DNA from: an uncultured Mycoplasmatota bacterium
Lineage (GTDB): Bacteria > Bacillota_I > Bacilli_A > RF39 > UBA660
Reading direction: 5' to 3'
DNA length: 64,000 nucleotides
NCBI GenBank assembly: GCA_947643405.1
Contig: CANRVY010000003.1
Span: forward strand, 3,072-67,071
Part shown: in pieces, positions 39,322 through 49,349 of the stretch
Numbering within the stretch: position 1 is the stretch's first letter
Layout: each line of letters begins with the position of its first letter
The notes under the pieces: model-generated
Told to the model about the DNA's origin: nothing
The model's database searches: none
Seen by the model: the letters and a program-made list of their open reading frames with translations, nothing else
Position numbers and translations under genes: made by a program

Positions 39322-40737
39322 TTATAAATTTTCTAGAACTTCCATTAATAATTTGCTAACCAAGGCTGGATTTGCTTGTCCTTTAGAAGCTTTCATAATT
39401 TGTCCCATTAAATATTTTATAGCCCTATCTTTTCCTGCTTTAAAATCATCTATTGATTCTGGATTTTCATTTATGACTTTAGAAATTAATTCTAATAAAG
39501 AATCTTTATCACTAATTTGCTTTATTCCAAGCTTATCTGTAAGTGTAGCATAGTCTCCACCTTCCATAATTAAGATTGGTAAAATTTCTTTTCCCTGTTT
39601 TGATGAAATTTCATTTTTTTCTAAAGCTTCTACAAAGTCTTTCAAATTGGATTTGTTTAATTTAATTTGTTCAAATTCTAAGTCGTTTTTCTTCATCGTT
39701 CCAATAATATCTCCAGTTAATAAATTAGAAAGTACAACTGGATTCATATGTTCTTTCATTGCTTCATAGAAATCACACATTTTTTTATTAGCTACAATAG
39801 CATTAATATTTTTTTCATTTATGCCCAAATTTTGATATTCCACTCTTAATACTTCAGGCATAATTGGCATTTTAGATTCTACCTCTTTTATCCATTCTTC
39901 ACTTACATGAATATAAGGTAAATCTGGTTCTGGAAAATAACGATAGTCATTTCCAGTCTCTTTTGTTCGCATAGCGATTGTTGTCATTGTTTTATCATCA
40001 AAACGTCTTGTTTCTTCCACTATTTTTACATTATTTTCTAACATTTCAGTTTGCCTTTTTATTTCATAATTAATAGCTACTCCTACATTACTAATAGAAC
40101 CAATGTTTTTAATTTCTACTTTTGTCCCAAGTGGCGCTCCTTCTTCATGTAATGAAACATTGACATCACAGCGCATACTTCCTTCTTCTATTTTAACATC
40201 ACTAATTCCTAAATATAATAAGGTTTCTCTCAATTTTTCAACATACAAAACAGCTTCTTCTGCACTTGCAATATCAGGACGGCTTACAATTTCAATAAGA
40301 GGAACCCCAGCTCTATTAAAATTCAATAAAGTTGCATGTTCTGTATGAATACTTTTACAAGTATCTTCTTCAATATGTAATCGTTCTATGCGAATTTGTT
40401 TTTTTATTTCATTTTGTTCTATTTCTATATATCCATTACTTCCAATTGGCGTTTTTTGCTGTGTAATCTGATATCCTTTAGGAAGGTCTGGATAAAAATA
40501 ATTTTTTCTATCAAAATGCATTTCTCTAGCAATTTCTGCATGAAATGCTAAAGAAGCCGCAATTCCCATATTAACAACTTCTTTATTAAGTTGTGGTAGT
40601 GTTCCTGGATAACCCAAGTCGAGAACAGTTACGTTTGTATTAGGATGTGTGTTAAATTCATTTTTTCCCTTTGAAAATACTTTTCCCTTACTTTTTAATT
40701 CTACATGAATTTCTATTCCAACTGTTGGTACTAGCAT
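39322..40737 (-). CDS. gatB: Asp/Glu-tRNA amidotransferase subunit B
   Basis: GatB N-terminus (VGIEIHVEL) and a full-length match to the family. Confidence 0.95.
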   Translation of the reverse strand: MLVPTVGIEIHVELKSKGKVFSKGKNEFNTHPNTNVTVLDLGYPGTLPQLNKEVVNMGIAASLAFHAEIAREMHFDRKNYFYPDLPKGYQITQQKTPIGSNGYIEIEQNEIKKQIRIERLHIEEDTCKSIHTEHATLLNFNRAGVPLIEIVSRPDIASAEEAVLYVEKLRETLLYLGISDVKIEEGSMRCDVNVSLHEEGAPLGTKVEIKNIGSISNVGVAINYEIKRQTEMLENNVKIVEETRRFDDKTMTTIAMRTKETGNDYRYFPEPDLPYIHVSEEWIKEVESKMPIMPEVLRVEYQNLGINEKNINAIVANKKMCDFYEAMKEHMNPVVLSNLLTGDIIGTMKKNDLEFEQIKLNKSNLKDFVEALEKNEISSKQGKEILPILIMEGGDYATLTDKLGIKQISDKDSLLELISKVINENPESIDDFKAGKDRAIKYLMGQIMKASKGQANPALVSKLLMEVLENL

Positions 40738-42182
40738 TTTTTACCACTCTCCAAATCTAAATTTAAAGTTTTTTCCAATGCAGATGCCAAAGCATAAATT
40801 GTCTCTTCTTGAAAATAATTTCCAATAATCTGCATTCCAATTGGCATGTGATCATGATTGAACCCAACTGGAAGGGATAATGCTGGTAATCCTGCCATAT
40901 TCAAAGGAATCGTTAATAAATCATCATAAAAGCTTTTTAAAGCGTCATCTTGCTTTGTTCCCAATAAATAAGCTACATCAGTATTTGTAGGACCAATTAA
41001 CAAATCATATTTGGTGAATGCTTGCTTAAAACTATCTACCATTTTTCTCCTTATTTTTAAGGCTTTTTCATAATAAATATTGGCATTCTTTCCACTTAAA
41101 ACATAAGACCCTATCATAAGTCTTCTTTTAACTTCATCTCCAAACCCTTCACTACGAGTTTTTTTATAAAATTCTTCTAAAGATTGATAAGAGTTTGTAG
41201 CATGTCCAAATTTAATCCCATCATAGCGAGCCAAATTGCTACTCGCTTCAGCCAAAGCGATTACTTGATAAAGTGGAATTGCATATTCTAAATAATCTAT
41301 ATCAATAAAATCAATTTTGCATCCTAAGTTTTCTAATAACATAATGATTTCTTTCATTTTATTTCGAACTTCTTCATTAATAACATCACTCATATAATAA
41401 TTTGGAACTCCAATTTTTAGTCCTTTTATTTCTTGATTTAAATAATCTATATAATGTGGAACTACTCTATTAGAAGAAGTTAAATCATTAGTATCCTCAC
41501 CACTTATGGCTTCTAAAAGTACAGCATTTTCGTATACAGTTCTTGTGATTGGACCAATATGGTCTAAAGAGGACGCAAATGCAATAAGACCATATCTAGA
41601 AACTCTTCCATATGTAGGCTTCATTCCAACAACACCACAGAAGCTAGATGGTTGTCTAATGCTTCCACCAGTATCGGAACCAAGTGCAAATGGAGTAATT
41701 CCTGCGCTTACTGCTGCAGCACTTCCACTGCTACTACCACCTGGCACTTTTGTCAAATCCCAAGGATTTAAAATATTTCCAAAATAACTTGTTTCACCTG
41801 TTGATCCCATAGCAAATTCATCCATATTGGTCTTTCCTATGATAATCATATGATTGACTTTTATTTTTTCAACTACTGTTGCATCATAAATTGGATCAAA
41901 GTTTTCTAGCATATGAGAAGCACAAGTTGTTCTTAAATTTTTAGTAACAATATTATCTTTTATTGCAATTGGCATTCCAAATAAAAGACCCTTTACTTCT
42001 TCTTGTTCTAATCTTTTAGCTTCTTCTATTGCACTTTCTTTATTAAGTGTTATAAATGAATTTAATTTTTCATTTTTTTCAATTTTATCGAATGCTTCTA
42101 ATACCAAATCAAGTGGCTTTATTTCTTTATTTACTAATTTTGAATGAATTTCATTCAAAGATAATGATAAATAATTAGTCAT
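40731..42182 (-). CDS. gatA: Glutamyl-tRNA(Gln) amidotransferase subunit A
   Basis: Amidase signature (GGSSSGSAAAV, GSDTGGSIRQP). Confidence 0.95.
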   Translation of the reverse strand: MTNYLSLSLNEIHSKLVNKEIKPLDLVLEAFDKIEKNEKLNSFITLNKESAIEEAKRLEQEEVKGLLFGMPIAIKDNIVTKNLRTTCASHMLENFDPIYDATVVEKIKVNHMIIIGKTNMDEFAMGSTGETSYFGNILNPWDLTKVPGGSSSGSAAAVSAGITPFALGSDTGGSIRQPSSFCGVVGMKPTYGRVSRYGLIAFASSLDHIGPITRTVYENAVLLEAISGEDTNDLTSSNRVVPHYIDYLNQEIKGLKIGVPNYYMSDVINEEVRNKMKEIIMLLENLGCKIDFIDIDYLEYAIPLYQVIALAEASSNLARYDGIKFGHATNSYQSLEEFYKKTRSEGFGDEVKRRLMIGSYVLSGKNANIYYEKALKIRRKMVDSFKQAFTKYDLLIGPTNTDVAYLLGTKQDDALKSFYDDLLTIPLNMAGLPALSLPVGFNHDHMPIGMQIIGNYFQEETIYALASALEKTLNLDLESGKKC

Positions 42183-42471
42183 CTAAAGCCTTTGGTACTG
42201 AAATATAATCTCCACTTGTTTTGTTTGCATTCTTTTCTATTTCTTCATTTTTTAAGCTTTCTACAGTTTCATCATCATGATACAAATCATGATTTTCTGT
42301 TGGAGCAATTAAAATTTTATTTTCATCTTCTATGTCAGCAGCGCCAATTTTTTCAATATCTGCTAATATATCACTCAATTGACGAGAGAATTTTTGTTTT
42401 TCTTCTTCAGTTAAAACAAGATTCGCCAAATCTGCTACATGTTCAACTTCATCACGCGTTAATCCTTGCAT
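42175..42471 (-). CDS. gatC: Glu-tRNA(Gln) amidotransferase subunit C
   Basis: 98 aa, position in the operon, and a GatC-like sequence. Confidence 0.85.
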   Translation of the reverse strand: MQGLTRDEVEHVADLANLVLTEEEKQKFSRQLSDILADIEKIGAADIEDENKILIAPTENHDLYHDDETVESLKNEEIEKNANKTSGDYISVPKALDD

Positions 42472-42630
42472 AATTCTCCTCCTTTATTTCACAGATTCTA
42501 TTATACCATTTTTTATAATTATTTACAAAATATTTACAAGACATTCTATGATTCATTATGAGATTTAGAAATTTTTGCCAAAAAATAAAGCGCAAAAATT
42601 TTATTTAGCACTTTATTTCTATTCTAAATA

Positions 42631-43029
42631 TTATATTTTACTATCTGCAGATACTTTTAATTGTTCAAGTTTATCTACTAATATTTTAGGAATTGGAAGT
42701 TTCATTGCAACTGCATTCTCTAGTATGGAAAGACACTCATTAATCACAAAATAATAAATAACAAAAGTCCGAATTACATCACCACTTTTACAAAGTTGAT
42801 CTACAATTACTGCCACTGCTACTATAGATAAGTAACTAATTTTCTTTATTAATCCTTTCATCCCTTTACTAGCACTCAAGTTTCCTATGATATAGGCTTT
42901 GGCAAGCCCAGATATTAAATCTACTCCTATTACTACTAATAAGGTAATCAGTGCCATATCCATTTTTCCAAATATATAGGTAAAAAAAGTAACTGCAAAA
43001 CTTGCGAACATTTGAAATACTTGTTTCAT
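42631..43029 (-). CDS. Holin, toxin-secretion/phage-lysis family (TcdE-like)
   Basis: 3 TM helices and the family core (DLISGLAKA...KKISYLSIVAVAVIVD). AAAGGAGAA RBS. Confidence 0.8.
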   Translation of the reverse strand: MKQVFQMFASFAVTFFTYIFGKMDMALITLLVVIGVDLISGLAKAYIIGNLSASKGMKGLIKKISYLSIVAVAVIVDQLCKSGDVIRTFVIYYFVINECLSILENAVAMKLPIPKILVDKLEQLKVSADSKI

Positions 43030-43144
43030 AGCAATTCTCCTTTCTCTTTATTACATGTATCACAATAAAAAATGCAAAGGATAAAAGCCAAACCCATATA
43101 AGTATCAAAAAAAGCGTTAAATCTTTAACACTTTCCTCTGCGAT

Positions 43145-43691
43145 CTAAAGAGAATAGACAGTTTCTGTTAATTCTATATCTTCAGATACAAAAACATTTG
43201 TAATCTTTTCTACTGCCCCAGAATAATAAACTTCAGACTGCCTCATCATAGTTCCATCTAACATAGAAGAAGAAATATATGATGCTGAAAATAATGGTTT
43301 AAAATCTACCTTTTCACAAACTTTCAAAGTCTTTCCAGCAGCTAAAGCGATTGCCAAAGCTCGTTCCTTTACTTCTTTATAAGCCTCTTTCAATATATTT
43401 CGTTTTATATTTTTTTCATCTTTTACGCCAAAAGATAACTGACTCATTGGAGCATTTTCCATTTTTGATAAATTAGCTATTAGATTTGCCATAATATCTT
43501 TATTATAATCAAACCATATCATCTTTATTAAAATGATTTTGAATCAACAACGCTATAAAACTTTATATATTTTCAATTCCCTTTTCTAATACTTCTTCAT
43601 AAGTGATTCCTTTCATTGCAAAATTTAAATGTAACATAATCAAATCAGGAGTAACTAACCGTTTTCCCTTTCCTTCCACTACTATTTTCAT
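43145..43691 (-). pseudogene. SIMPL-domain (DUF541) gene split by a frameshift
   Basis: The N-terminal 42 codons (MKIVVEGKGKRLVTPDLIMLHLNF...) run 43691-43563 behind a GGAGG RBS, but the C-terminal 125 codons (43522-43145) are in another frame. Confidence 0.5.
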
Positions 43692-43730
43692 ATTTTCCTC
43701 CTATATTAAAAAATAGAACTTTTAAAAGCT

Positions 43731-44141
43731 CTATTTTTCATTTTTTTCTAATTTTGCTAGAACATCTTTTGTTACTTCAATTGCTTTTTCCCTAATCGCA
43801 TTTGCAGCATTTTCTAAAACTGGTGTTCCTTTTTCTACTGCATAGTCAACCAATTCTTCTGCCATTTCACCTATTTGTTTTGCTTTTTTTTTGGCAACTT
43901 TTAAAACTTTCTCTTTATCTAAATCAGCCATTGCTTCTTTAATTTCAAAAATTTTATTTTCTATTGTCTCTTTTACATCTTCTGCATCTATATCTTTTAA
44001 TTTACGAATCATATCATCAAACTTTTGCTTCAATTCTTTTCTTGTTTCACTTCCACTTTTAGGAGCAAACAAAATTCCAAGCCCCGCTCCTATTCCTGCT
44101 CCTAATAAAAACTTTCCTAATCCACTTTTTTTCTTACTCAT
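43731..44141 (-). CDS. YtxH-like membrane-anchored general stress protein
   Basis: GAGIGAGLGILFAP motif, then K/E-rich helices. Confidence 0.7.
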   Translation of the reverse strand: MSKKKSGLGKFLLGAGIGAGLGILFAPKSGSETRKELKQKFDDMIRKLKDIDAEDVKETIENKIFEIKEAMADLDKEKVLKVAKKKAKQIGEMAEELVDYAVEKGTPVLENAANAIREKAIEVTKDVLAKLEKNEK

Positions 44142-44421
44142 AAGTATCCTCACCTTTCTTTTTTCTCTTTCTAAATATAGTGTTTATTGTTCCTACAATT
44201 CCACTTATTACTCTATCACTTACTACATTTAATGTATCTGCAGTTCTATCTACAATTTCAAATAAGCCATTTAACTTTTTTACTTTTCTATCAACATCAT
44301 CGACTACTCTATCTACTTTGCCAACAATCTTAATCAGGCGTACTAGAAATACGATAGCTACTACTACTAATATAATCAAAAGAATATATAATATGATTGG
44401 TAATAATTCCATTGCTTCCAC
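44134..44421 (-). CDS. DUF948-family membrane protein
   Basis: N-terminal TM helix, then VD..D.KVKKL repeats. Confidence 0.65.
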   Translation of the reverse strand: MEAMELLPIILYILLIILVVVAIVFLVRLIKIVGKVDRVVDDVDRKVKKLNGLFEIVDRTADTLNVVSDRVISGIVGTINTIFRKRKKKGEDTYE

Positions 44422-45377
44422 TATTCTTCACCTTCCTTCTTTTCATACATAGAATCAATTAAATTAAATAAGTCACTCTCTGTTAAATTTGTATCATTTT
44501 CGAGTTCCTCACTTGGTTCACTACAAATCTTATCCATTTCGTCTTCAATCATATTTTGATTTGTATTTTCTATAAAGGTTTCTTCTTGAACAGTCTCTTC
44601 TTGCCCTGGTCTTTCATTAATTACCATTTCTTCTAAACCATCTACTTCTTCTATTAGTTCTAATTCTTTATTACGCTCTAGCCTGGAAGGTATGATATTA
44701 TTTTCTATTTCACTTGGTACTTCCTCATTTACTTCCAATTCATCAAACAAATCTAATTCCATATCTGTTTCTACATCTAAATCTTCAGTAATTGGAGGCA
44801 TATTCCCAAACAGTGTTGTTTCTAGCTCATCTTCTAAAGTCCCAAATGCTTTATTCCGAATATCATCTACAGTAAGTTCCTTTGGTCCATTACTTTGGGC
44901 CACCCTTTTTTTAGGAGCAATATCATCTTTCCTATAATTTTTATCTAATACTCCATATACAGGAGAGATAATTGGAGTTGGTTTAAACATTTTCTTTTCT
45001 TCTTTAAAAGTAGAAGCTGTATAAGCTGGTTTTTTACCTCCATATGCTTCTTTTCGAACAGGTTCTGCAGAGGACTTTTGAGCTGGCGTTTTTACAGGCT
45101 CTACTTTTTCCTCTTTTTTTTCTACATTAGAAGCTGTTGGTAATTTATCAAAATCTTTATCATCAAAAAATACTGGTGCTTTTGGCTTTTCCTCTGGTTT
45201 AACAATTTCAGTTTTAGTAACAGTTTCAGCATTCGAAGTACTTGAATCTTCTTTTTTAATAGGTGCTGAAACAGGAATTTCTACTTTTTGGATTTCTGTC
45301 TTAACAGGTGTTATTTCTTCTTCTACTTCTTCTGTAAACATATTTTTTACTTTTTCTAGAAATTTCATTATATTCAC
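44421..45377 (-). CDS. Acidic low-complexity protein (E/K/P-rich)
   Basis: 318 aa with a highly acidic, repetitive C-terminal half. Confidence 0.5.
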   Translation of the reverse strand: MNIMKFLEKVKNMFTEEVEEEITPVKTEIQKVEIPVSAPIKKEDSSTSNAETVTKTEIVKPEEKPKAPVFFDDKDFDKLPTASNVEKKEEKVEPVKTPAQKSSAEPVRKEAYGGKKPAYTASTFKEEKKMFKPTPIISPVYGVLDKNYRKDDIAPKKRVAQSNGPKELTVDDIRNKAFGTLEDELETTLFGNMPPITEDLDVETDMELDLFDELEVNEEVPSEIENNIIPSRLERNKELELIEEVDGLEEMVINERPGQEETVQEETFIENTNQNMIEDEMDKICSEPSEELENDTNLTESDLFNLIDSMYEKKEGEE

Positions 45378-45383
45378 CTCTAC

Positions 45384-46001
45384 TTAATTATCACTTTCTG
45401 CTTCTACTACTTTCTTATCATTAAAGTCACTACCTGTAGAATTAAACAGATCATAACTTTCTTCTTTATTGGTAAAGTATTCATCATCTAACATTAATTT
45501 AATCACATTATGATTAAATTTTACAGTTGACAAAATATAAGAAGCATTTAAAATGACATTATTAATATCTTTCTTATCAACAAGTGTTTCTATTCTTGCA
45601 TAGTTATATGCAAAGCGAACCAAATACTTTTTATCTTGTTCTATAATTTCTACATAGCCATCTTTGTTTTTTGTATGAATAATTTTTGAATAGAAAGCTT
45701 GTTCATTTTTTTGATAAGTTACTTTCTTCTGATAATAATAACTAATAGCATCAATATATAAATAGTAATAATTTCCATTGGAATATAATTTATCGTTGAA
45801 TTCATCAGTATCAATATAGATAACACCTCTAGGAATATAATATTTATATCCCTTTCCAACTCTGTTATAAAGCTTATTTTCTTTGGATAAGATTACATTT
45901 ATAGTATTGTCAATACTACTAGTATCTATTCGTACCATTGTACAACCTGTTACTAAAAATACACAAGTTAATAAAGCTAATAATAAGATTACTTTTTTCA
46001 T
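45384..46001 (-). CDS. Lipoprotein
   Basis: Signal peptide with lipobox (LVTGC). Confidence 0.65.
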   Translation of the reverse strand: MKKVILLLALLTCVFLVTGCTMVRIDTSSIDNTINVILSKENKLYNRVGKGYKYYIPRGVIYIDTDEFNDKLYSNGNYYYLYIDAISYYYQKKVTYQKNEQAFYSKIIHTKNKDGYVEIIEQDKKYLVRFAYNYARIETLVDKKDINNVILNASYILSTVKFNHNVIKLMLDDEYFTNKEESYDLFNSTGSDFNDKKVVEAESDN

Positions 46002-46080
46002 CTTTCCACCTGCTTACTATGATTATATCAAAAATTTAAGAAATACAAAAGAAAAAAGAAAAGAGATGTGTAAAAATGTG

Positions 46081-46716
46081 TTAAATTTCTTTTGTAACAT
46101 GAATTTTATAAATTGGAAATCCCATAGACGAAAATTTTTTTTCATATTCTGTTTCAACATTATCTTCTATATCATCCTGATGTAAATTAAGAGAAATATC
46201 ATCAAATTTAAATCCAAACTCATTAAATGAAATTAGTGAATATTCAAATAAATGACGATTATCTGTTTTCATTTCTAGTTTCATAGGGCCTTTAAAAATT
46301 GCTTCATAGCGTTTCAAAAAAATTGGACTAGTTAATCTCCTATGAGTATGTCTTTTTTTTGGCCAAGGATCTGAAAAGTTTAAATACAATAAATCGATCT
46401 CATGATCAAATATTTTTTCGATTTCAGTTGCGTCCATTCTAATCAGTAATAAATTAGGTAATTTTTCTTGTTCTATTTTTTCTACGACTTTCACCATAAC
46501 ACTATCAAATTTTTCAATTCCAATAAAATTAATATTTGGATTTCTTTTGGCCTTCTCTACAATAAAATTCCCTTTCCCAGTACCTATTTCAATATAAATT
46601 GGATTGGCATTATGAAATAAATTTTGATAATTTCCTCTTTCTTTTTCTGGATTATGAATAATATAATTAGAAGCCTCTATTCTTTCATGAGCTCCTTTTA
46701 CGTGCTTTAATCTCAT
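46081..46716 (-). CDS. trmB: tRNA (guanine46-N7)-methyltransferase
   Basis: SAM motif (IEIGTGKGNF) and NFSDPWPKKRH. Confidence 0.95.
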   Translation of the reverse strand: MRLKHVKGAHERIEASNYIIHNPEKERGNYQNLFHNANPIYIEIGTGKGNFIVEKAKRNPNINFIGIEKFDSVMVKVVEKIEQEKLPNLLLIRMDATEIEKIFDHEIDLLYLNFSDPWPKKRHTHRRLTSPIFLKRYEAIFKGPMKLEMKTDNRHLFEYSLISFNEFGFKFDDISLNLHQDDIEDNVETEYEKKFSSMGFPIYKIHVTKEI

Positions 46717-46799
46717 GTAATCACCATAATTATTATATCATGTCACGAAATGAAAATAAACTCATATAATGAATTAGAACAAATAAAGGAGTGTGTAAA

Positions 46800-47123
46800 A
46801 TGAAAAAAGATAGAAACTGTGGAAGTGGCGCTAATGTTGCTTATAATCCAGTTTATCCTACTTACCCAATGATGGGAGGCCCTGCTATGCCAGGTATCAT
46901 GCCAGGAATTCCTAATATGATGCCAATGCCTACAATGCCAAATTATAATTATACAACAAGCACAGGAAATAACGATTACAGTAATATAGAAGGACAAATT
47001 AATAATTTAAATAGTCAAATTAATAATTTAGAACGTCGAATCACAAGATTAGAAAATATGGTTAATAATAGTTCAACTTCTTACAATACAAAGTATAATG
47101 CATCAAATTATCAAATGATGTAA
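46800..47123 (+). CDS. Small P/M/Y/N-rich low-complexity protein with a C-terminal coiled coil (possible spore-coat-like protein)
   Basis: AAAGGAGTG RBS 7 nt before the ATG. PMMGGPAMPGIMPGIPNMMPMPTMPNYNY repeats. Confidence 0.55.
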   Translation: MKKDRNCGSGANVAYNPVYPTYPMMGGPAMPGIMPGIPNMMPMPTMPNYNYTTSTGNNDYSNIEGQINNLNSQINNLERRITRLENMVNNSSTSYNTKYNASNYQMM

Positions 47124-47186
47124 ATTTAGTTAAAATATCAATAGTATGTTCAAATGGAATATACTATTTTTTATACTATTAAAAGA

Positions 47187-47222
47187 GTTATAAAAAAATC
47201 ATCAAGAAATATTCTTCATGAT
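47187..47222. terminator. Bidirectional terminator between convergent genes
   Basis: ATCATCAAGAA...TTCTTCATGAT stem flanked by A and T runs. Confidence 0.5.
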
Positions 47223-47230
47223 TTTACATT

Positions 47231-48265
47231 TTACTTTTTCACAAACAATTTAGGCTTGGCTAATTCTTTATTTCCAATTTCAAAAGATTTTAGATACTGT
47301 CTTAGAAAATATACCTTATCAAAATTATTTGTAAAAATCATATCACACAATTCTAAAGATTGCTGCAAATATATTTCACCATAAAAATTCAAGCTTGAAT
47401 AACGATCTTTATTTATCCTTCTTCTTTTCTGAACCATATCATCATCATATCCTGTACTTTTAGAATATTGTAATAAATGAACAAATAAATTAACATTGTT
47501 TTGCCAAATGACAGGTTCTAAAGTTCCATTAGGACATCTAAATTCAATTGTATTTTTTGTTTGAAAACAATCAAAATTACTCACATTATTAAAATTTACA
47601 GCTTGATATCTTTGATGAGAAACTTTTCTAAGAATATCATTTAAAGTTAATGAATCACATTCCAACATACCTTGATAATCTTTCCAAAAGTTTTTTGCCA
47701 TTGGTTCTGCATACTTTTCCATACTAGGTCTTGCACTTAAATAATCTCCATATACAAACCGATAAATAATATTTTCATACACAGACCATAACTTGATAAA
47801 ATTCTTCCAAGATTCCGTTTTATTTCCTAAAACTTGGGTTCCTACATGAATATGCCCTCCTGAATGTTTATCGATTGATGCATGTTTATAAACAATTTGA
47901 CAAACTTTTTTGAGTTGACTCCAAGAATCAGATACATCTTTTAATATAGGAGAATTAATCTCTGCTCCATTATGTAAAGAACCATCTCCTCTTAATTGCC
48001 AAGCCTCATCTAAGCGATATTCTTCCAGTTTCTGTTCAATTCGCTTTCTAACCGCATTTTCAAATTCTAATTCCAATCCAAAAGTAACTTTATCATCAAA
48101 TCCTAAGTGACTTCTTAATTCTAAATAACAATTTTCTACATAATATAATAAATCTTGTAATTCTATTCCACTCATACTAGATAAAGAATCATTTGCTCCA
48201 GGCTTTATAAAATTAAAAATTGATGCATCTACAATTTCATTTGGTTTTTTAATATTTCCTAGCAT
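47231..48265 (-). CDS. Amidoligase_2-family enzyme (glutamine synthetase-like amidoligase)
   Basis: Family motifs TFGLELEFE, EINSPIL and GGHIHVG. Confidence 0.7.
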   Translation of the reverse strand: MLGNIKKPNEIVDASIFNFIKPGANDSLSSMSGIELQDLLYYVENCYLELRSHLGFDDKVTFGLELEFENAVRKRIEQKLEEYRLDEAWQLRGDGSLHNGAEINSPILKDVSDSWSQLKKVCQIVYKHASIDKHSGGHIHVGTQVLGNKTESWKNFIKLWSVYENIIYRFVYGDYLSARPSMEKYAEPMAKNFWKDYQGMLECDSLTLNDILRKVSHQRYQAVNFNNVSNFDCFQTKNTIEFRCPNGTLEPVIWQNNVNLFVHLLQYSKSTGYDDDMVQKRRRINKDRYSSLNFYGEIYLQQSLELCDMIFTNNFDKVYFLRQYLKSFEIGNKELAKPKLFVKK

Positions 48266-48270
48266 ATCAA

Positions 48271-49107
48271 TTACCTCATTAACCTATCATAGTTTTCTCT
48301 TTTGATTTCTAGTTTTTTTGTTAAAACTGGAATATCAATTGGTTGATATCTTTCTTTAATTCTCGATACACAATTTTCAAAATCAAAACTTGAACATTCA
48401 GTTCTAATATAAAATGGCAATAATTCTCCTAGACCAGTTACACAAATATATAATATAGTTATTAAAATATTATCAGAAGAAGATTCTCTCACAAAAATAT
48501 AGTCCTCTTTATCTTCATGGTAAATAATGGCTTGGAAATAATTTTCTTTTTCAATATCCTCCTCAGAAACATTATTATTAGATTCTTGAATGGAAGAAAA
48601 AGGTGCACCTAATATATCTTGTAAAGTCATTTTCTCTTTTTCAAATAATCCTCTTATTTCTTCTTCTGTTAATCCTTTTAATTTATACTTTTCCACAGTT
48701 CTAGTGTAAAAACCATCATTTGATTTTTCCCATTTTCCGTAAAAGTATAACATATCTGAATCTCCAGAAAATTCATTATATTGTTCTTCATATCTGATGT
48801 TTCCTAAACTATCAAATTCTTTCATAATGTTTAAATTCTGTTGTTGTATATCACGATAGAATGGACAACTTCCAAGAAGTTTAAATCCACCTGCGATTAA
48901 CCCTGCTGTCAATACATAAGGTGCAACTAACTGCATAGCACGTAATGATATTTTTAAATTTCTTATAGTTCTAATTTGTAAATTTGAAAATTTTGAAAAT
49001 TTTATTTTATTTTCCAAATTTTCTATATCTTTTTTCATTTGTTGTAAAAATTTTTTTTGTTCTAATCTCTTTCTAGCATTTTCATCACAAATTTTTCCAC
49101 TGCTCAT
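48271..49107 (-). CDS. Hypothetical protein with one TM helix (island cargo)
   Basis: GGAAGGGG RBS before the ATG at 49107. No recognizable domain. Confidence 0.5.
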   Translation of the reverse strand: MSSGKICDENARKRLEQKKFLQQMKKDIENLENKIKFSKFSNLQIRTIRNLKISLRAMQLVAPYVLTAGLIAGGFKLLGSCPFYRDIQQQNLNIMKEFDSLGNIRYEEQYNEFSGDSDMLYFYGKWEKSNDGFYTRTVEKYKLKGLTEEEIRGLFEKEKMTLQDILGAPFSSIQESNNNVSEEDIEKENYFQAIIYHEDKEDYIFVRESSSDNILITILYICVTGLGELLPFYIRTECSSFDFENCVSRIKERYQPIDIPVLTKKLEIKRENYDRLMR

Positions 49108-49349
49108 AATTCTAACCCCTTCCATTTCTCAAAGTAAAATACTTTAGGAATTTTTTCATTAAAAGCAGCATATAAAATAACTATTGCTAACTTTGACTTC
49201 TAAGTTTCCAATTAATGGTAAAATTTGACAAACAAAAAAAAAGTGGTATTATAAAAACCACTCAGAGGAAAATCCTAAAGTATTTTACTATAAGAAAAAC
49301 ATTTTATAAAAAGCTCACAAAGTATACTGCTTTGTGAACTTTTTTAATA

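Noticed and set aside
39353-46185. Plus-strand ORFs within gatB, gatA, gatC and the ytxH/DUF948/acidic-protein/lipoprotein genes
   Set aside because: Antisense shadow ORFs.
46743-46997. Minus-strand 84-aa ORF overlapping the P/M-rich protein gene
   Set aside because: It is antisense to a gene that has a strong RBS. The translation is C/H/W-rich nonsense.
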